NCBI GenBank assembly: GCA_039028615.1
Contig: JBCCHT010000064.1
Span: forward strand, 1-45,854
DNA: 45,854 bases
Source: Myxococcota bacterium
GTDB taxonomy: Bacteria > Myxococcota_A > Polyangia > Nannocystales > Nannocystaceae
Direction: 5' to 3'
Positions within the stretch are counted from its first letter, which is position 1. The number at the start of each line of letters is the position of its first letter. Made by a program: the position numbers and the translations under genes. Positions 1 to 11,852 of the stretch are shown here, in pieces. Under the pieces are notes generated by a model, which was not told the DNA's origin, ran no database searches, and saw only the letters and a program-made list of their open reading frames with translations.

Positions 1-1855
<1,855 letters not shown>

Positions 1856-1897
1856 TGGGCGCATTGGAGGTGCGACGCGGCGAGCCCGTGACGGCGA

Positions 1898-3244
1898 TCA
1901 GTGAGTGGCAACCGCGTGCCCCGGGAATCCCGGGAACGTGAGCGCCTCGGTGACCGCATTCGAGTCGCTGATGTCGAAGTACTGACCCGAGCCGAAGTCC
2001 GCCGAGACGCCGACCAGGTACGACGTCTCCCTGCCGTCCACGACCGTCTTGAACGAGTCGGCGTAGGCGGTGAACAGCGAGTCGACCTGGACAGGGGCAT
2101 AGGTCGCCGCCTCGTTCCCGAGCTCCACGCTGTACAGAGCCCACTCGGCGGACCGCAGCGTGTCCCGCTCGTTGTCCAGGGTGATGCCCGCCACGTCACC
2201 CGTGTAGTGCATGATGTAGGCCTGGTTGCCGACGCCGGGGTGCAGGCCGCCCGCGACCGTCCCCGACAGCGTCGAGAGGTCCACGAAGTACTCGGGGTCG
2301 AACTGGTCTTCACCCGAGTTGATGCGCAGCATGCAGCTCGCCGCCGGGGAATCGCCAGCGGAGCCGCTCACCAAGGACACCGACTGCCCGGGGTGGGTGG
2401 CGAAGTAGAGGTTGCCCTCCGCGTCGGCGGCATCGAAGCCGATCACACCACAGCGGGTATCGTCGGCGTAGGTCACCGACTCGTCCGCCGAGTCGACGAT
2501 CACCGCGCGCACGAGCGGGGTGCCCGTGTCGTCGGCCAGCGACCAGTACGCGGCCGTCGAGATGAACCGGGTCCCGTCTTTGTGGATGAAGTTGAGCGAC
2601 ACCCACTCGTTGTCGTCGTACAGGCCATCGATGGGGAACGAGCCGATCGTCGTCATCTCGGCCGGGTTGAACTTGACGACCTGCCAGTTCTCCTCGTCGA
2701 AGTAGTACGCGAGCTCGTCGTCGACGAACTGGATCACGTTGCGTCCACCCCCGAGGGTGTTGGTCACTCCGAAGTTGGCGAGGCTGACCTCGCCGTCCAT
2801 GACGAGCTCGTCGCCGTTGGCGGTCCATCGTTGGATCGTGGGCTGATCGCCCAGGCCGACGTAGACCACGCCACCGCCCGGCGACGCGTAGACCATGTCC
2901 CCGGCGAACTCCACCGCCCGACCGAGGTCGATGCTGCCGCCCGCGGAGATGTCGTCGACCACGGAGAGGTAGCCCAAGTACTCCTCGTCGGTGCTGATCC
3001 ACGTGCCCACGATCCAGCTCTGGTCTGCTTCGCCAGCGCTGCCGCTGCCATCGGCGGGGTCGCCCGCGGTGCCCGAACCCTCGCCGTCGGTCGCTTGGCT
3101 GGGGTCGCCCTCGTCCCCGGAATCCGAGTTGGCGCCCGCGTCGGAGCCATCGTCGTCTCCGCAGGCCGAGCCAGCGATACTCAGCAGCCCAAGAAGGGCA
3201 AAACTGACGAAATTCGAGGATGGACGTTGTTCTTTGCAGGTCAT
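1898..3244 (-). CDS. Lipoprotein co-transcribed with the TonB receptor (MxcI-like)
   Basis: 448 aa; hydrophobic signal ending AGSAC (lipobox-like), Asp/Gly/Ser linker, beta-rich body; stops 42 bp before the receptor start. Confidence 0.75.
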   Translation of the reverse strand: MTCKEQRPSSNFVSFALLGLLSIAGSACGDDDGSDAGANSDSGDEGDPSQATDGEGSGTAGDPADGSGSAGEADQSWIVGTWISTDEEYLGYLSVVDDISAGGSIDLGRAVEFAGDMVYASPGGGVVYVGLGDQPTIQRWTANGDELVMDGEVSLANFGVTNTLGGGRNVIQFVDDELAYYFDEENWQVVKFNPAEMTTIGSFPIDGLYDDNEWVSLNFIHKDGTRFISTAAYWSLADDTGTPLVRAVIVDSADESVTYADDTRCGVIGFDAADAEGNLYFATHPGQSVSLVSGSAGDSPAASCMLRINSGEDQFDPEYFVDLSTLSGTVAGGLHPGVGNQAYIMHYTGDVAGITLDNERDTLRSAEWALYSVELGNEAATYAPVQVDSLFTAYADSFKTVVDGRETSYLVGVSADFGSGQYFDISDSNAVTEALTFPGFPGHAVATH

Positions 3245-3271
3245 GGGGGCTGCATACCTACGCGTTCTCTT

Positions 3272-3304
3272 AATTGAAAGTGAAAATCATTCTTGATTTC
3301 AATT
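3272..3304. promoter_or_regulatory. Fur-box-like operator in a divergent promoter region
   Basis: GAAAGTGAAAATCATTCTT (3276-3294) matches GATAATGATAATCATTATC at 14/19; perfect inverted repeat AATTGAAA (3272-3279)/TTTCAATT (3297-3304); AT-rich gap between iron-uptake genes. Confidence 0.8.
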
Positions 3305-3325
3305 TATGGTTTCTGATTTGATTTC

Positions 3326-4717
3326 ATGCACATGGGCGGAAAAGTATCTTCCTATGCAGCGGCGGGAGCGCACGTTCCTGACCTGTCGACACCCGCGGCG
3401 GCCGGGCCTTTGGAGCCTCCCGTGCGTCCTGCCGGACCCGGGTCGTGGCGACCTTGGTGGGTGCGGGTGCATCGCTACGTCGGCCTCGTCATGGCCGTGT
3501 TCTTGCTGGTGAGTGGGTCGACTGGCGCGTTGCTTCCGTTCCACCGCCAGCTCGATGCGTGGATCAACCCCGAGCTGTTCATCGCGCCCTCGCACCCACG
3601 AGCCGAGGCGCCACGCGACGTCTTGGATCTACGCGAGGGACTCGAGCGGTCCATCGTGGGCGCGAGCTTTTCGTATGTGGAACTCGATCACGACGCGCCG
3701 TCGAGCACCGCCGTGTTCTTTGCGAGCTACGATCCAGAGCTCGTCGCGGACGCGGACTCGCGGGACGACGAGTTCTTCGTCGACCGGCACAACGGCCGAG
3801 TCCTCGGCTCGCGCAAGTGGGGCGACATCACGCAGGGCACCGTCAACTTCGTGCCGCTGTGCTATCGACTCCACTACACCTTGGGCTTGGGTGATGTCGG
3901 GCGCGTGCTGCTGGGGATCATCGCCTTGCTGTGGACCCTCGACTGCTTCGTCGGGGCCTATTTGACTTTGCCCCCGAGGGCTCGCCGAGTTCGAGGCCGG
4001 GCCGAGGACGACCGACCGCCGCGGCGGAGCACGAGGCGGTGGTTCCTCGCGTGGGGTCGTTCGTGGCGCGTCCGAACCTCGTCGATGTTCGGGTTCGTGT
4101 TCACGTGGCATCGCGCCTCTGGGCTGTGGGTTTGGGCCATGTTGCTGCTGGTCGCGTGGTCCTCGGTCGCGCTCAACCTGGACGCGGTCTACTCCCCCGT
4201 GATGCGAGCGGTCTTCGAGTCCGAGGACGTCTACGCAACCTTGCCTCGCCTCGAGCAGCCACGCACCGAGCCGGAGGTCTCTTGGCAGGGCGCGCGCCGT
4301 CTCGGTCGGGCGGCCATGCAGGACCAGGCGGCCGCGGGGGGCTTTACCGTCCTCGAGGAGCGAAGCCTCGGGTACCGCCCCCACTCGGGCCTCTACACGT
4401 ACAAGGTCCTCAGCTCGTTGGACGCATCGGTGTCTCACCCCAACACCACCGTGTGGATCGATGCCGACACGGGCGCGGCTGTGGCCTTCTTTGCGCCGAC
4501 CGGCCGCGCCGAGGGAGACACGGTCACCACATGGCTGACCGCGCTGCACTTCGGCGCCATCTCTTTCACCGAGGGAGGACGGGAGGCCAGCCTCGGTTAC
4601 CGACTGTTCGTGATGCTCGTCGGCCTGCTCGTCGTTGGACTGAGCGCCTCGGGGCTCTGGATCTGGTGGACCAAGCGCGCTCGTCGGGCGCGGGCATCGA
4701 CCGCGGGCGGCGACTGA
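3326..4717 (+). CDS. PepSY-associated TM helix domain protein (iron-regulated membrane protein)
   Basis: Repeated His-TM motifs RVHRYVGL..SGSTG, YRLHYTL, TWHRASGLW, TALHFG; several TM helices. Confidence 0.9.
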   Translation: MHMGGKVSSYAAAGAHVPDLSTPAAAGPLEPPVRPAGPGSWRPWWVRVHRYVGLVMAVFLLVSGSTGALLPFHRQLDAWINPELFIAPSHPRAEAPRDVLDLREGLERSIVGASFSYVELDHDAPSSTAVFFASYDPELVADADSRDDEFFVDRHNGRVLGSRKWGDITQGTVNFVPLCYRLHYTLGLGDVGRVLLGIIALLWTLDCFVGAYLTLPPRARRVRGRAEDDRPPRRSTRRWFLAWGRSWRVRTSSMFGFVFTWHRASGLWVWAMLLLVAWSSVALNLDAVYSPVMRAVFESEDVYATLPRLEQPRTEPEVSWQGARRLGRAAMQDQAAAGGFTVLEERSLGYRPHSGLYTYKVLSSLDASVSHPNTTVWIDADTGAAVAFFAPTGRAEGDTVTTWLTALHFGAISFTEGGREASLGYRLFVMLVGLLVVGLSASGLWIWWTKRARRARASTAGGD

Positions 4718-5662
4718 CTACGGGCTCTGAGCGGGCGGCAGCTGCTCCGGTCCGCGCTCTCCCTCGCGGTTGGCCGTGACCTCGTTGCGGACCGACTGCG
4801 TCACCGCTTCGGCACGCCCCCCCACCGTGATCGTATTGCGATGCAGCGCAAACAGATCGGTCGGCGGCACGATGTCGATGGGCAAGCGATGGAGCCGGTC
4901 GCGATACAGGCTCGACATGCCCACCACGTCGGGCAGCACCGTCAGCAGCTGGCCGGTAATGCAGACCTCGAGCCCGGTAGCCATCTGGCCCACCACCATG
5001 CCGATCTTGCGATCGAGGGTGGCCGGCCAGCTCTCGAGCGTCAGGCCGCGCTCGTCGGGCGACAAGGCGACGAATGCATGCTCGAGCACCTCTTGTTGGG
5101 TCACTTCGCGCTTGCCGTACAGCGGGTGCCCTTCGCCGCAGTAGACCCCGCTCGGCGCAGCGCCCAGGTGCAGCTTGTTGATCTGGGCGTGCATCAGGGG
5201 CTGGGTGACGAACGCGACGTCGATCTCGCCCCGCAGCAGCATGCCGCCCACGTCGCGATGAGCATGGTCGATCACGTGCGGCACGAGGTCGGGGTGGTCT
5301 TTGCGGAGCCGACGGAGGCCCGGCAACAAGTACGACGTGGTGATGAGGCCGACCGACGCGATGTAGACGGGGCCTGAAAGCTCCGTGCCTTCGATCGCCA
5401 GCAGGCCCTCGTGGACCATCCGCATCGCGTTGCGCACGGCGACCAGGAAGCGCTGCCCCGCTTCGTTCAGCTCGATGCGTCGGCCGTTGCGGAGGAAGAG
5501 CCGCCGGCCGAGGTCGTCCTCCAGCAGCCGGATCGTGCGAGACAGCGCGGAGGCGCTCACGAAGAGCTGGGCCGATGCGGTCGGCAGGTGTTGGCTCTCG
5601 GCGACGGCTCGGAAGGCGGGTAGCCAGCTCCACAGCCTCGCAACGCGACGAAGTCTCTCCAT
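4718..5662 (-). CDS. LysR family transcriptional regulator
   Basis: HTH signature FRAVAESQHLPTASAQLFVSASALSRTIRLLEDDLGRRLFLRNGRRIELNEAG; GEIDVAF in the effector domain; start placed at ATG 5662. Confidence 0.93.
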   Translation of the reverse strand: MERLRRVARLWSWLPAFRAVAESQHLPTASAQLFVSASALSRTIRLLEDDLGRRLFLRNGRRIELNEAGQRFLVAVRNAMRMVHEGLLAIEGTELSGPVYIASVGLITTSYLLPGLRRLRKDHPDLVPHVIDHAHRDVGGMLLRGEIDVAFVTQPLMHAQINKLHLGAAPSGVYCGEGHPLYGKREVTQQEVLEHAFVALSPDERGLTLESWPATLDRKIGMVVGQMATGLEVCITGQLLTVLPDVVGMSSLYRDRLHRLPIDIVPPTDLFALHRNTITVGGRAEAVTQSVRNEVTANREGERGPEQLPPAQSP

Positions 5663-5729
5663 TGGCCCTGTCGGGGGCACTGTACACCACCCGCTCGTGG
5701 AGGCGGGTCGTGGGGGACGCGAGCGGGGC

Positions 5730-6326
5730 TCAGCCGGCGCGGGCCCGGGAACGGGCGCCCATCACCCAAGACTCCGTACGTGTCGAATTCCGGGTTCCGT
5801 GTACGCGGACCTCGGCCAGCGTCAGCGAGGGCGGTGCCTCCACCGATAGCTCGAATTGGGCGAGGCGCCCGCTGACATCGAGCACACAGCGGCGGTGGGC
5901 TCGGCAGCGTTCGGCGAGAGCTTTCCGCTGCTCCGAGTCGAGCTGCAGTCGCGGGAGCCATCCCTGCCGAATGGGATGTCGATCGTCGCGGGCGTGGTCG
6001 AAGGGCAGCGCCACACAGGGTCCCGTCGCTCGACAAAGCTCGGGGACGAACGCCAGCTCCCACCGGTACCGTCGGTCCTTCCATGCCGCGCGGGTCCGGG
6101 CGAGCGCCGTTTCCAGGCCGTCCTGCGTGCGTCGAGCGGCCGCGATCTCGTGGGCCAACGTGTATTGGTCTCGAGGATCGACCGCCGACGGCTCCATGTC
6201 GGAAGACGGCGTCGGCGTGGCGAGCTCCGCGGGCGCGGGCTCGTTGCCGTCGTGGCACGCGGTCAGCAGGGGGAGCCCGCAAAGCAACGCCGACCGCACC
6301 CGAGAGGCGATACGAGACCGTTTCAC
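5730..6326 (-). CDS. Hypothetical lipoprotein
   Basis: GTG start overlaps the upstream stop (GTGA); signal ending LPLLTAC; Cys pairs. Confidence 0.65.
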   Translation of the reverse strand: MKRSRIASRVRSALLCGLPLLTACHDGNEPAPAELATPTPSSDMEPSAVDPRDQYTLAHEIAAARRTQDGLETALARTRAAWKDRRYRWELAFVPELCRATGPCVALPFDHARDDRHPIRQGWLPRLQLDSEQRKALAERCRAHRRCVLDVSGRLAQFELSVEAPPSLTLAEVRVHGTRNSTRTESWVMGARSRARAG

Positions 6327-7648
6327 GCCGCACCGAGCCTTTGTTCGATTTCGCGCACGAGCGGAGGATCGGCATCGGGGTCGATTCGGTTGGCCGTCGT
6401 CATCGAGCTTCGAGCCGACTCGATGCGACCCGCGAGGGCGTGCACGAGGGCCGCGTGCAAGTGCAGGTGAGCATCGGCCGTCCCCAGCGACAACGCTCGG
6501 GCCATCGCGGCTTGGGCCGTCTCGTGGTCTCCCGCTCGAGCCGAGGCCAGCGCGAGCACGTCGTTGGACGCGATGTTGTCTCGCGTGCGGTGAGCCTGGC
6601 GAGCCAACGCGAGCGCGCGCTCGCTGTGTTCGCCGCGTCGAGCCAGATCGCGGGCGAGAGGTCCCGGGTCGTCGTCGGCCAGCGCCTCCGCTCGACGTTG
6701 CCAACTCGCAGCCGACTCGGTCTCACCGAGGTCCCTGTGCCATTGGGCGAGCCGCAGTAGATCCTCGACGCTGGGCTTCCGCTCGACGGCGGCACTCAGC
6801 AGACCGATCGCCTCCTTCGTTCGTCCCTGTCGGGCCCGTGCTCGCGCCTCGATGACTCGGGCGGGCACGTAGTCGGGGACGAGCGTCAGCGCCCTCTGTG
6901 CGGCGGCCAGCGCCCGCGCCGAGTCGCCCCTATGAAGGAACATCGCTCCGATGTCCGCAAAGCACCAGGCGCTCGCCTCGGGATCGCGAGGGCTCCCCGC
7001 GTCGATGGCCAGTTCCATGATCGCCAGGGCGCTGTCGAAGTCTCCCATCAGCCATCGCAGATGCGCGGCCCGGCTATAGCTGCGAAGGTCCGGGTGAAGG
7101 TCCACGGCGCGCTGCACCGAGTCCATGGCCCCCTCGTAGTCCCCGAGTTCCAGCTGGGTATCGCCGAGCACGAGATGGGCGGTGGCGTTGCTCGGCTCGA
7201 TTGCCAGCACCTGTCGGGCGAGCTCGGCTGCCGACGTGAACTCGTGCCCATCGTGCCGGACCATCGCCGTTAGCATCAGGACCCGTGCATCCTCCGGGGC
7301 CATGGCACGCGCCGAACGGAGGACCGCGTCCGCGTGGTGCCCCAATGCTGCATTGGAGGTTTCCCTCTGTCGGCGCAGCAGCAGGCTCGCCAGCGCGATG
7401 TGAGGGTCGAGGGCGGTGGGATCGGCCCGCAGCTCGTCCTGCGCTGCTCGAAGTTGACGGCCCGTGATCGAGTCGTCTGCGGGGTACTCGATGGCGGCGC
7501 GCAGCGAGGCCGGCAACGGGGTCGACGGGTGAGGGGAGGAGGCGCCGACTGGTGGGTCGGTCAACGATTCATCGTCGCCCTTGCAGGCAACCATGAGGGT
7601 CGCCCCGATCAGGAGCACATGGAGACAGCGAAACGGGGAAGGTTTCAT
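6323..7648 (-). CDS. Tetratricopeptide-repeat lipoprotein
   Basis: Signal ending TLMVAC; multiple TPR units such as AHLVLGDTQLELGDYEGAMDSVQRAVDLHP. Confidence 0.85.
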   Translation of the reverse strand: MKPSPFRCLHVLLIGATLMVACKGDDESLTDPPVGASSPHPSTPLPASLRAAIEYPADDSITGRQLRAAQDELRADPTALDPHIALASLLLRRQRETSNAALGHHADAVLRSARAMAPEDARVLMLTAMVRHDGHEFTSAAELARQVLAIEPSNATAHLVLGDTQLELGDYEGAMDSVQRAVDLHPDLRSYSRAAHLRWLMGDFDSALAIMELAIDAGSPRDPEASAWCFADIGAMFLHRGDSARALAAAQRALTLVPDYVPARVIEARARARQGRTKEAIGLLSAAVERKPSVEDLLRLAQWHRDLGETESAASWQRRAEALADDDPGPLARDLARRGEHSERALALARQAHRTRDNIASNDVLALASARAGDHETAQAAMARALSLGTADAHLHLHAALVHALAGRIESARSSMTTANRIDPDADPPLVREIEQRLGAA

Positions 7649-8207
7649 GGGGCACCCGAGGTACGTCGATGTGCTCGGGCCGGATCGATGCCGTTCGAAA
7701 CACGCGAGAGCGCGCGCTAACCCGGCGGAATCGATGGTCTAAGTGCTTTCCTTACGAACTCAGGCGATCCCCTGTAGGTGAAGATCCTCTCATGTTTTCA
7801 CTGAGCGACTTCGTAATTCGTGTAATATTTCAGCGAAAAATGTGGGGCCAGAATGGGACGCAGGCCCGAACAGGAAAGAGCGAACGGCGTTCTGTTTCCA
7901 GGTGTCTAGCGTCCTATTTTTCGGCTTGAAACGGCGTCAAAACGCCGCTGCTGCAAGAACCCCCCACAGAAAAAACCCTTGGCGATGTGTGGGACGACTG
8001 GGTACCTTGCTTCCAGCAGACGCCCTATTCGCACTTTGAGTCAGGGGGCCCCAGCAATGGGGATTGGCTCACAGAGCACAACGGCGGGGCGTCACGGGGA
8101 CGGGGTCAATGAACAACTTCAAATCAGAACCAAGACGCATTTCCAGTTCCATCTCGAGCGTTTCGTCGAGCTAACCGCTCCGAAGCTGACCGACGGGGGA
8201 ATCGGGA

Positions 8208-9272
8208 ATGCAGACACAATCCACGCGCAAGATCGGCGAGTCCGGTCTCGGTGGCTCGCAGGGGGAAATGCGAGAAGTCGAGGTCGAATTCCGGCACGCG
8301 CACGACTTGATGAGACTCGCCTGGAACAAGGGCAAGAGTCATTTTCCGTGCACCACGGCACGGGACCGCAGCCTCAAGGGAGGGACCATCGTCCATCCCG
8401 AGTCGTTCACCGCGATGGTGGTGGCCGACTTGCTCATGGGGCAGCGCGGCGAGCAATCGGTGCTCGTCCGCCAGGTGGTCACGATGCTCGAGTGGGAGCT
8501 CGGCAAAGACGAAGACGTCTTTTATTTCTTCAAGAAGCACGAGCGGCTGCCCGCCGATGCCGACTGCACCGCGCTCGGCCTCTCGGTGATGCTATTGGGC
8601 GGCGCGCGAGTCGAAGAGCGTGCCCATCGTGCGCTCGATCGAATCCTGGCCAACTGCGACCAAAATGGCGTCGTAGAGACCTATTTCGATCCAACGGGTG
8701 AGCGCGACGGAATCGTCGACCCCGTAGTCTGTGCCAACGTCTTGTTCTTGGCGCATCAACTCGGTCGCGGTGACGAAGCCCGAGCCACGCTCGAGCACGT
8801 GCACCAAGTCCTGCTCGAGGAGTCCTACCTCGAAGGGTCCCGCTACTATCACAGCCCGGACACCTTCCTGTACTTCCTCGGCCGCGTCGTGCACCACTTC
8901 CCGGAGACGCAAGAGCTTCTGCTCGAGCCCCTCCGGCACGCCGTGCAAAAGCGCCTCGGCATCTCGACCGACACCATCGACGTTGCCCAGCGCACCTTGC
9001 TGTGCACCTGGTTCGACATCGACGACCACGGCGAGTTCAACCGCCTCGTCGCCATGCAAGAAGCCGACGGCTGCTGGCCCAATGACGCGCTGTTCCGCTA
9101 CGGCCGCAAGAAGGTCTACTTCGGCTCCCGCGTCATGACCACGGCCTTCGCCGTCACCGCCGTCATGCAGGGCCAAGACGGCCGCGTCTCGCAGTCCGAG
9201 CCCGAGCAAGTCGAGGGCGAAGTCGTCATCAGCGGCGAGAACGTCCACTTCGTCGAGTTCGGCAAAGGCTGA
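8208..9272 (+). CDS. Stand-alone class II terpene cyclase beta-domain protein (drimenol/drimenyl-PP synthase-like cyclase domain)
   Basis: DxDxT-type motif LPADADCTAL, DPVVCANVL, GSRYYHSPDTFLYFL, QW motif LVAMQEADGCW; purine-rich RBS upstream. Confidence 0.72.
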   Translation: MQTQSTRKIGESGLGGSQGEMREVEVEFRHAHDLMRLAWNKGKSHFPCTTARDRSLKGGTIVHPESFTAMVVADLLMGQRGEQSVLVRQVVTMLEWELGKDEDVFYFFKKHERLPADADCTALGLSVMLLGGARVEERAHRALDRILANCDQNGVVETYFDPTGERDGIVDPVVCANVLFLAHQLGRGDEARATLEHVHQVLLEESYLEGSRYYHSPDTFLYFLGRVVHHFPETQELLLEPLRHAVQKRLGISTDTIDVAQRTLLCTWFDIDDHGEFNRLVAMQEADGCWPNDALFRYGRKKVYFGSRVMTTAFAVTAVMQGQDGRVSQSEPEQVEGEVVISGENVHFVEFGKG

Positions 9273-9292
9273 GGCCGACTTCAGACCAACGC

Positions 9293-9331
9293 AGTCGGGC
9301 GGTTCCCAAGGGGTTGGGACCGCCCGATTTT
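9293..9331 (+). terminator. Rho-independent terminator after the cyclase gene
   Basis: TCGGGCGGTTCCCAA-GGGG-TTGGGACCGCCCGA hairpin followed by TTTT. Confidence 0.75.
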
Positions 9332-9534
9332 CGTTCGGGTTGGGTCGGTTTCGGCGATGGTGTGTTGTCCTGATCTGGACCTCGGTGTCACAGATGGCGG
9401 GCGAGTACGTCGTTTCTGAGCGGAATTCGACGGGCTCAGTCTTTTTCTCCAGCGCGAAAGCACAACTCGACCGTTAGCGATGAAGGCCGGCGGACGTTCG
9501 GCCCATGAATCCCTGACGGCGAGAGCAAAGTCCC

Positions 9535-9780
9535 ATGCGTACCGAGGTCATCATTGGTGGAATCCTGGGGGTCATCCTCGGGGGCGCGGTGATCCTCGGG
9601 TTGACGGGTGATGCTCGATCGCAGCCTACGGGCACGCAGGAGCCCGCTACGCCCGAGTTGCGGCCATTGCCGGGGGCGGAGCCATCGTTGCCGGCGAGCG
9701 CTCGGCAGGCGAGTCCGGCGTTTCGTCCGGTGAGGCCGGGCAGCCGTCGGGTCGAGCACGGCGCGTTGGCGGCTTCGTAG
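9535..9780 (+). CDS. Small hypothetical membrane/secreted protein
   Basis: 81 aa; N-terminal hydrophobic Gly-rich helix IIGGILGVILGGAVILGL; lies in an otherwise empty gap. Confidence 0.5.
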   Translation: MRTEVIIGGILGVILGGAVILGLTGDARSQPTGTQEPATPELRPLPGAEPSLPASARQASPAFRPVRPGSRRVEHGALAAS

Positions 9781-9841
9781 GCGGGCGGGCGGCGAAGCAG
9801 CGGCGACAGTTCGGTGCGATCTTAGATCGTCCGCGCTGGGG

Positions 9842-11137
9842 TCAGCGATCGGCGAGATGAGCCGAGGCGATCGAACGATAGCGCGGGAGGGTGAGCGCGT
9901 CGAGGTCGGGGCGCGCGGCTTCGTAGGCGGCGGCGCGTTGCTCCAGCTGGCGCTTGGCGAGCTTGTCGAGCGCCTTGGCGAGCGTGCCGAGGCCTTGGCT
10001 GTCGAGGCCTTGGGCGTGGTGGAGCAGTCGCTGGGCGAGCAGGGCGTGCTCGTGATGGAGACCGAGTGCTCGTTGGGTCCGCTTGGCGGGGCCGCGCAAG
10101 GGCAAGTAGGCGTCGCCGAGCACGGGCCGGAGCAACTCCATGGTGTAGCGGAGCTTCTTGGCGCGGGTGCGAATCTCGTGCAGCTGTTCGACGCGGGTCT
10201 CGTCGAGTGCGGTGGGCCAGTCGGTGAAGAGGTCTTCGAGAATGGGTTCGAGCCACACCCACGATTGCGTCGAGAGCTCTGGACCCAAGCGCAGGAGTCG
10301 GCCGCTGAGACGATCGAGCTCGTCTTCGAGACTGTCGGCGAGGCCGAGGATGTCGATCTTCCCCAGCGCTTTGCGGGTGGGACCGACGGCGGCTTCGCGC
10401 TGAGTCGTGGCCCAAACGGTGACGTGCTCGAGGGCGGCGCGACCCAGCGGATTGGCATCGTCGTGTTGGGCCCGTAGAGCGGCGAGCAGAGCATCCCATT
10501 CGCGCACGATGCCGACGGCCGGGGTGATCGCCAAGAGGCGCTTGTTCGCTCGTTTGGTCTGCTTGCCGTTCAGCAGGGGGCCGAAGAGCACGATGAAACT
10601 GTGCAGACGCCGACTGGCCACGCGCATGCCGTGCAAGGGTAGGGCGGGCTCGTCGGCGTCTTCCCAAGCGACACCCGCTCGGAGTCGGGCGATCTGAGGG
10701 TCGACGCGCTGACGGACGTTGCTGACGAGCTCGAGGCCGAGGGCGGTGGGGCTGCCGGGCTTGGGCAGGACCGCGACAGCAGGGTCCGAAGGGGCGTCTG
10801 TGTTCGTCGCGGGGGCCGGAGTCGCGATGGGAGGTGAGGCGGGAGCGGGAGGCGTCGTCGAGGGCGATTGTGCGCGAGAGGGCGGCGCTGCCGGGGCGCG
10901 GGGCGGCGTGGGCTTGGGCTGGACGTCGAGCGGTTGTCGATCGAGTTCGGGCTCTTCGTGAGCACGACGGGTCGACCCCGCGTTTCCCTCGAGCGATAGC
11001 GGTCGCTGCGCTTCCTCGAGCGCGACCAGCAGTCGATCCACGCCGAGTGCGAGCCGTTGCAGCGCGCCGCCAGCCAGCCTTCGGACCGCGCGGGAGGCTC
11101 GTGCTCGGGACAGCAGCGGGGAGGGGCGGGAGGCCAA
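9842..11137 (-). CDS. CHAD domain protein (polyphosphate-binding fold); start uncertain
   Basis: LHGMRVASRRL and LHEIRTRAKKLRYTMELL motifs; Pro/Ala linker; TTG start at 11137 is a guess. Confidence 0.82.
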   Translation of the reverse strand: MASRPSPLLSRARASRAVRRLAGGALQRLALGVDRLLVALEEAQRPLSLEGNAGSTRRAHEEPELDRQPLDVQPKPTPPRAPAAPPSRAQSPSTTPPAPASPPIATPAPATNTDAPSDPAVAVLPKPGSPTALGLELVSNVRQRVDPQIARLRAGVAWEDADEPALPLHGMRVASRRLHSFIVLFGPLLNGKQTKRANKRLLAITPAVGIVREWDALLAALRAQHDDANPLGRAALEHVTVWATTQREAAVGPTRKALGKIDILGLADSLEDELDRLSGRLLRLGPELSTQSWVWLEPILEDLFTDWPTALDETRVEQLHEIRTRAKKLRYTMELLRPVLGDAYLPLRGPAKRTQRALGLHHEHALLAQRLLHHAQGLDSQGLGTLAKALDKLAKRQLEQRAAAYEAARPDLDALTLPRYRSIASAHLADR

Positions 11138-11215
11138 GGGCGCCCATGGTACACCGCAGATCGAGCGCGTCGGCAACGGTCGAACGAGGCGGTGGCTGGT
11201 AGGCTTGGCAGCGGC

Positions 11216-11842
11216 ATGGCGGACGATTTCGAGACTCTGGACCGGTGGCGTGCAGGTGATCGCAAGGCGGGCAACGAGCTGCTCCAGCGTCACTTCGACA
11301 GCCTCTATCGGTTCTTCCGCAACAAGGTGGACTCGGGCGTCGACGACCTGATCCAGCGCAGCTTTTTGGCGTGCATCGAGTCGAAGGACAAGTTCCGCAA
11401 GCAGGCCAGCTTTCGTACGTACCTGTTCACGGTGGCGCGGCACGAGCTTTATCGGCACTTCCGTCGCAACCGCCGGGCATCCGAGACGGACGACATCGGC
11501 GAGATGTCGGTCCTGGATCTCGGCACGTCGCCGAGCAACGTGGCGGCGAAGCGGCAGGAACAAAAACTGTTGCTCCGGGCGCTGCGGGGCATCCCGCTCG
11601 ATCTTCAGCTCGCGGTGGAGCTGTTCTACTGGGAAGGGCTGTCGACGGCCGAGATCGCGGAGATTCTCGAGGTCCCGCAGGGCACGGCCAAGAGCCGGCT
11701 CCGTCGCGCCCGCGAAGCGCTCGAGGTTCAAATGAAAGAGCTGGCCGAGTCCGATGCGTTGCTGCAATCGACGATGGCCCACTTCGAGGTGTGGGCCAAA
11801 GACGTGCGCGAGGTGATGAGCCCCGACGGCGGCAACGACTGA
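11216..11842 (+). CDS. ECF-family RNA polymerase sigma factor
   Basis: Region 2 VDDLIQRSFL..SFRTYLFTVAR; region 4 ELFYWEGLSTAEIAEILEVPQGTAKSRLRRAR. Confidence 0.93.
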   Translation: MADDFETLDRWRAGDRKAGNELLQRHFDSLYRFFRNKVDSGVDDLIQRSFLACIESKDKFRKQASFRTYLFTVARHELYRHFRRNRRASETDDIGEMSVLDLGTSPSNVAAKRQEQKLLLRALRGIPLDLQLAVELFYWEGLSTAEIAEILEVPQGTAKSRLRRAREALEVQMKELAESDALLQSTMAHFEVWAKDVREVMSPDGGND

Positions 11843-11852
11843 AGTCGAACGA

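Noticed and set aside
7649..8207. Riboswitch or sigma54 promoter in the long intergenic region
   Set aside because: I could not identify a correctly spaced -24/-12 consensus or a known aptamer by eye; an Rfam scan is needed
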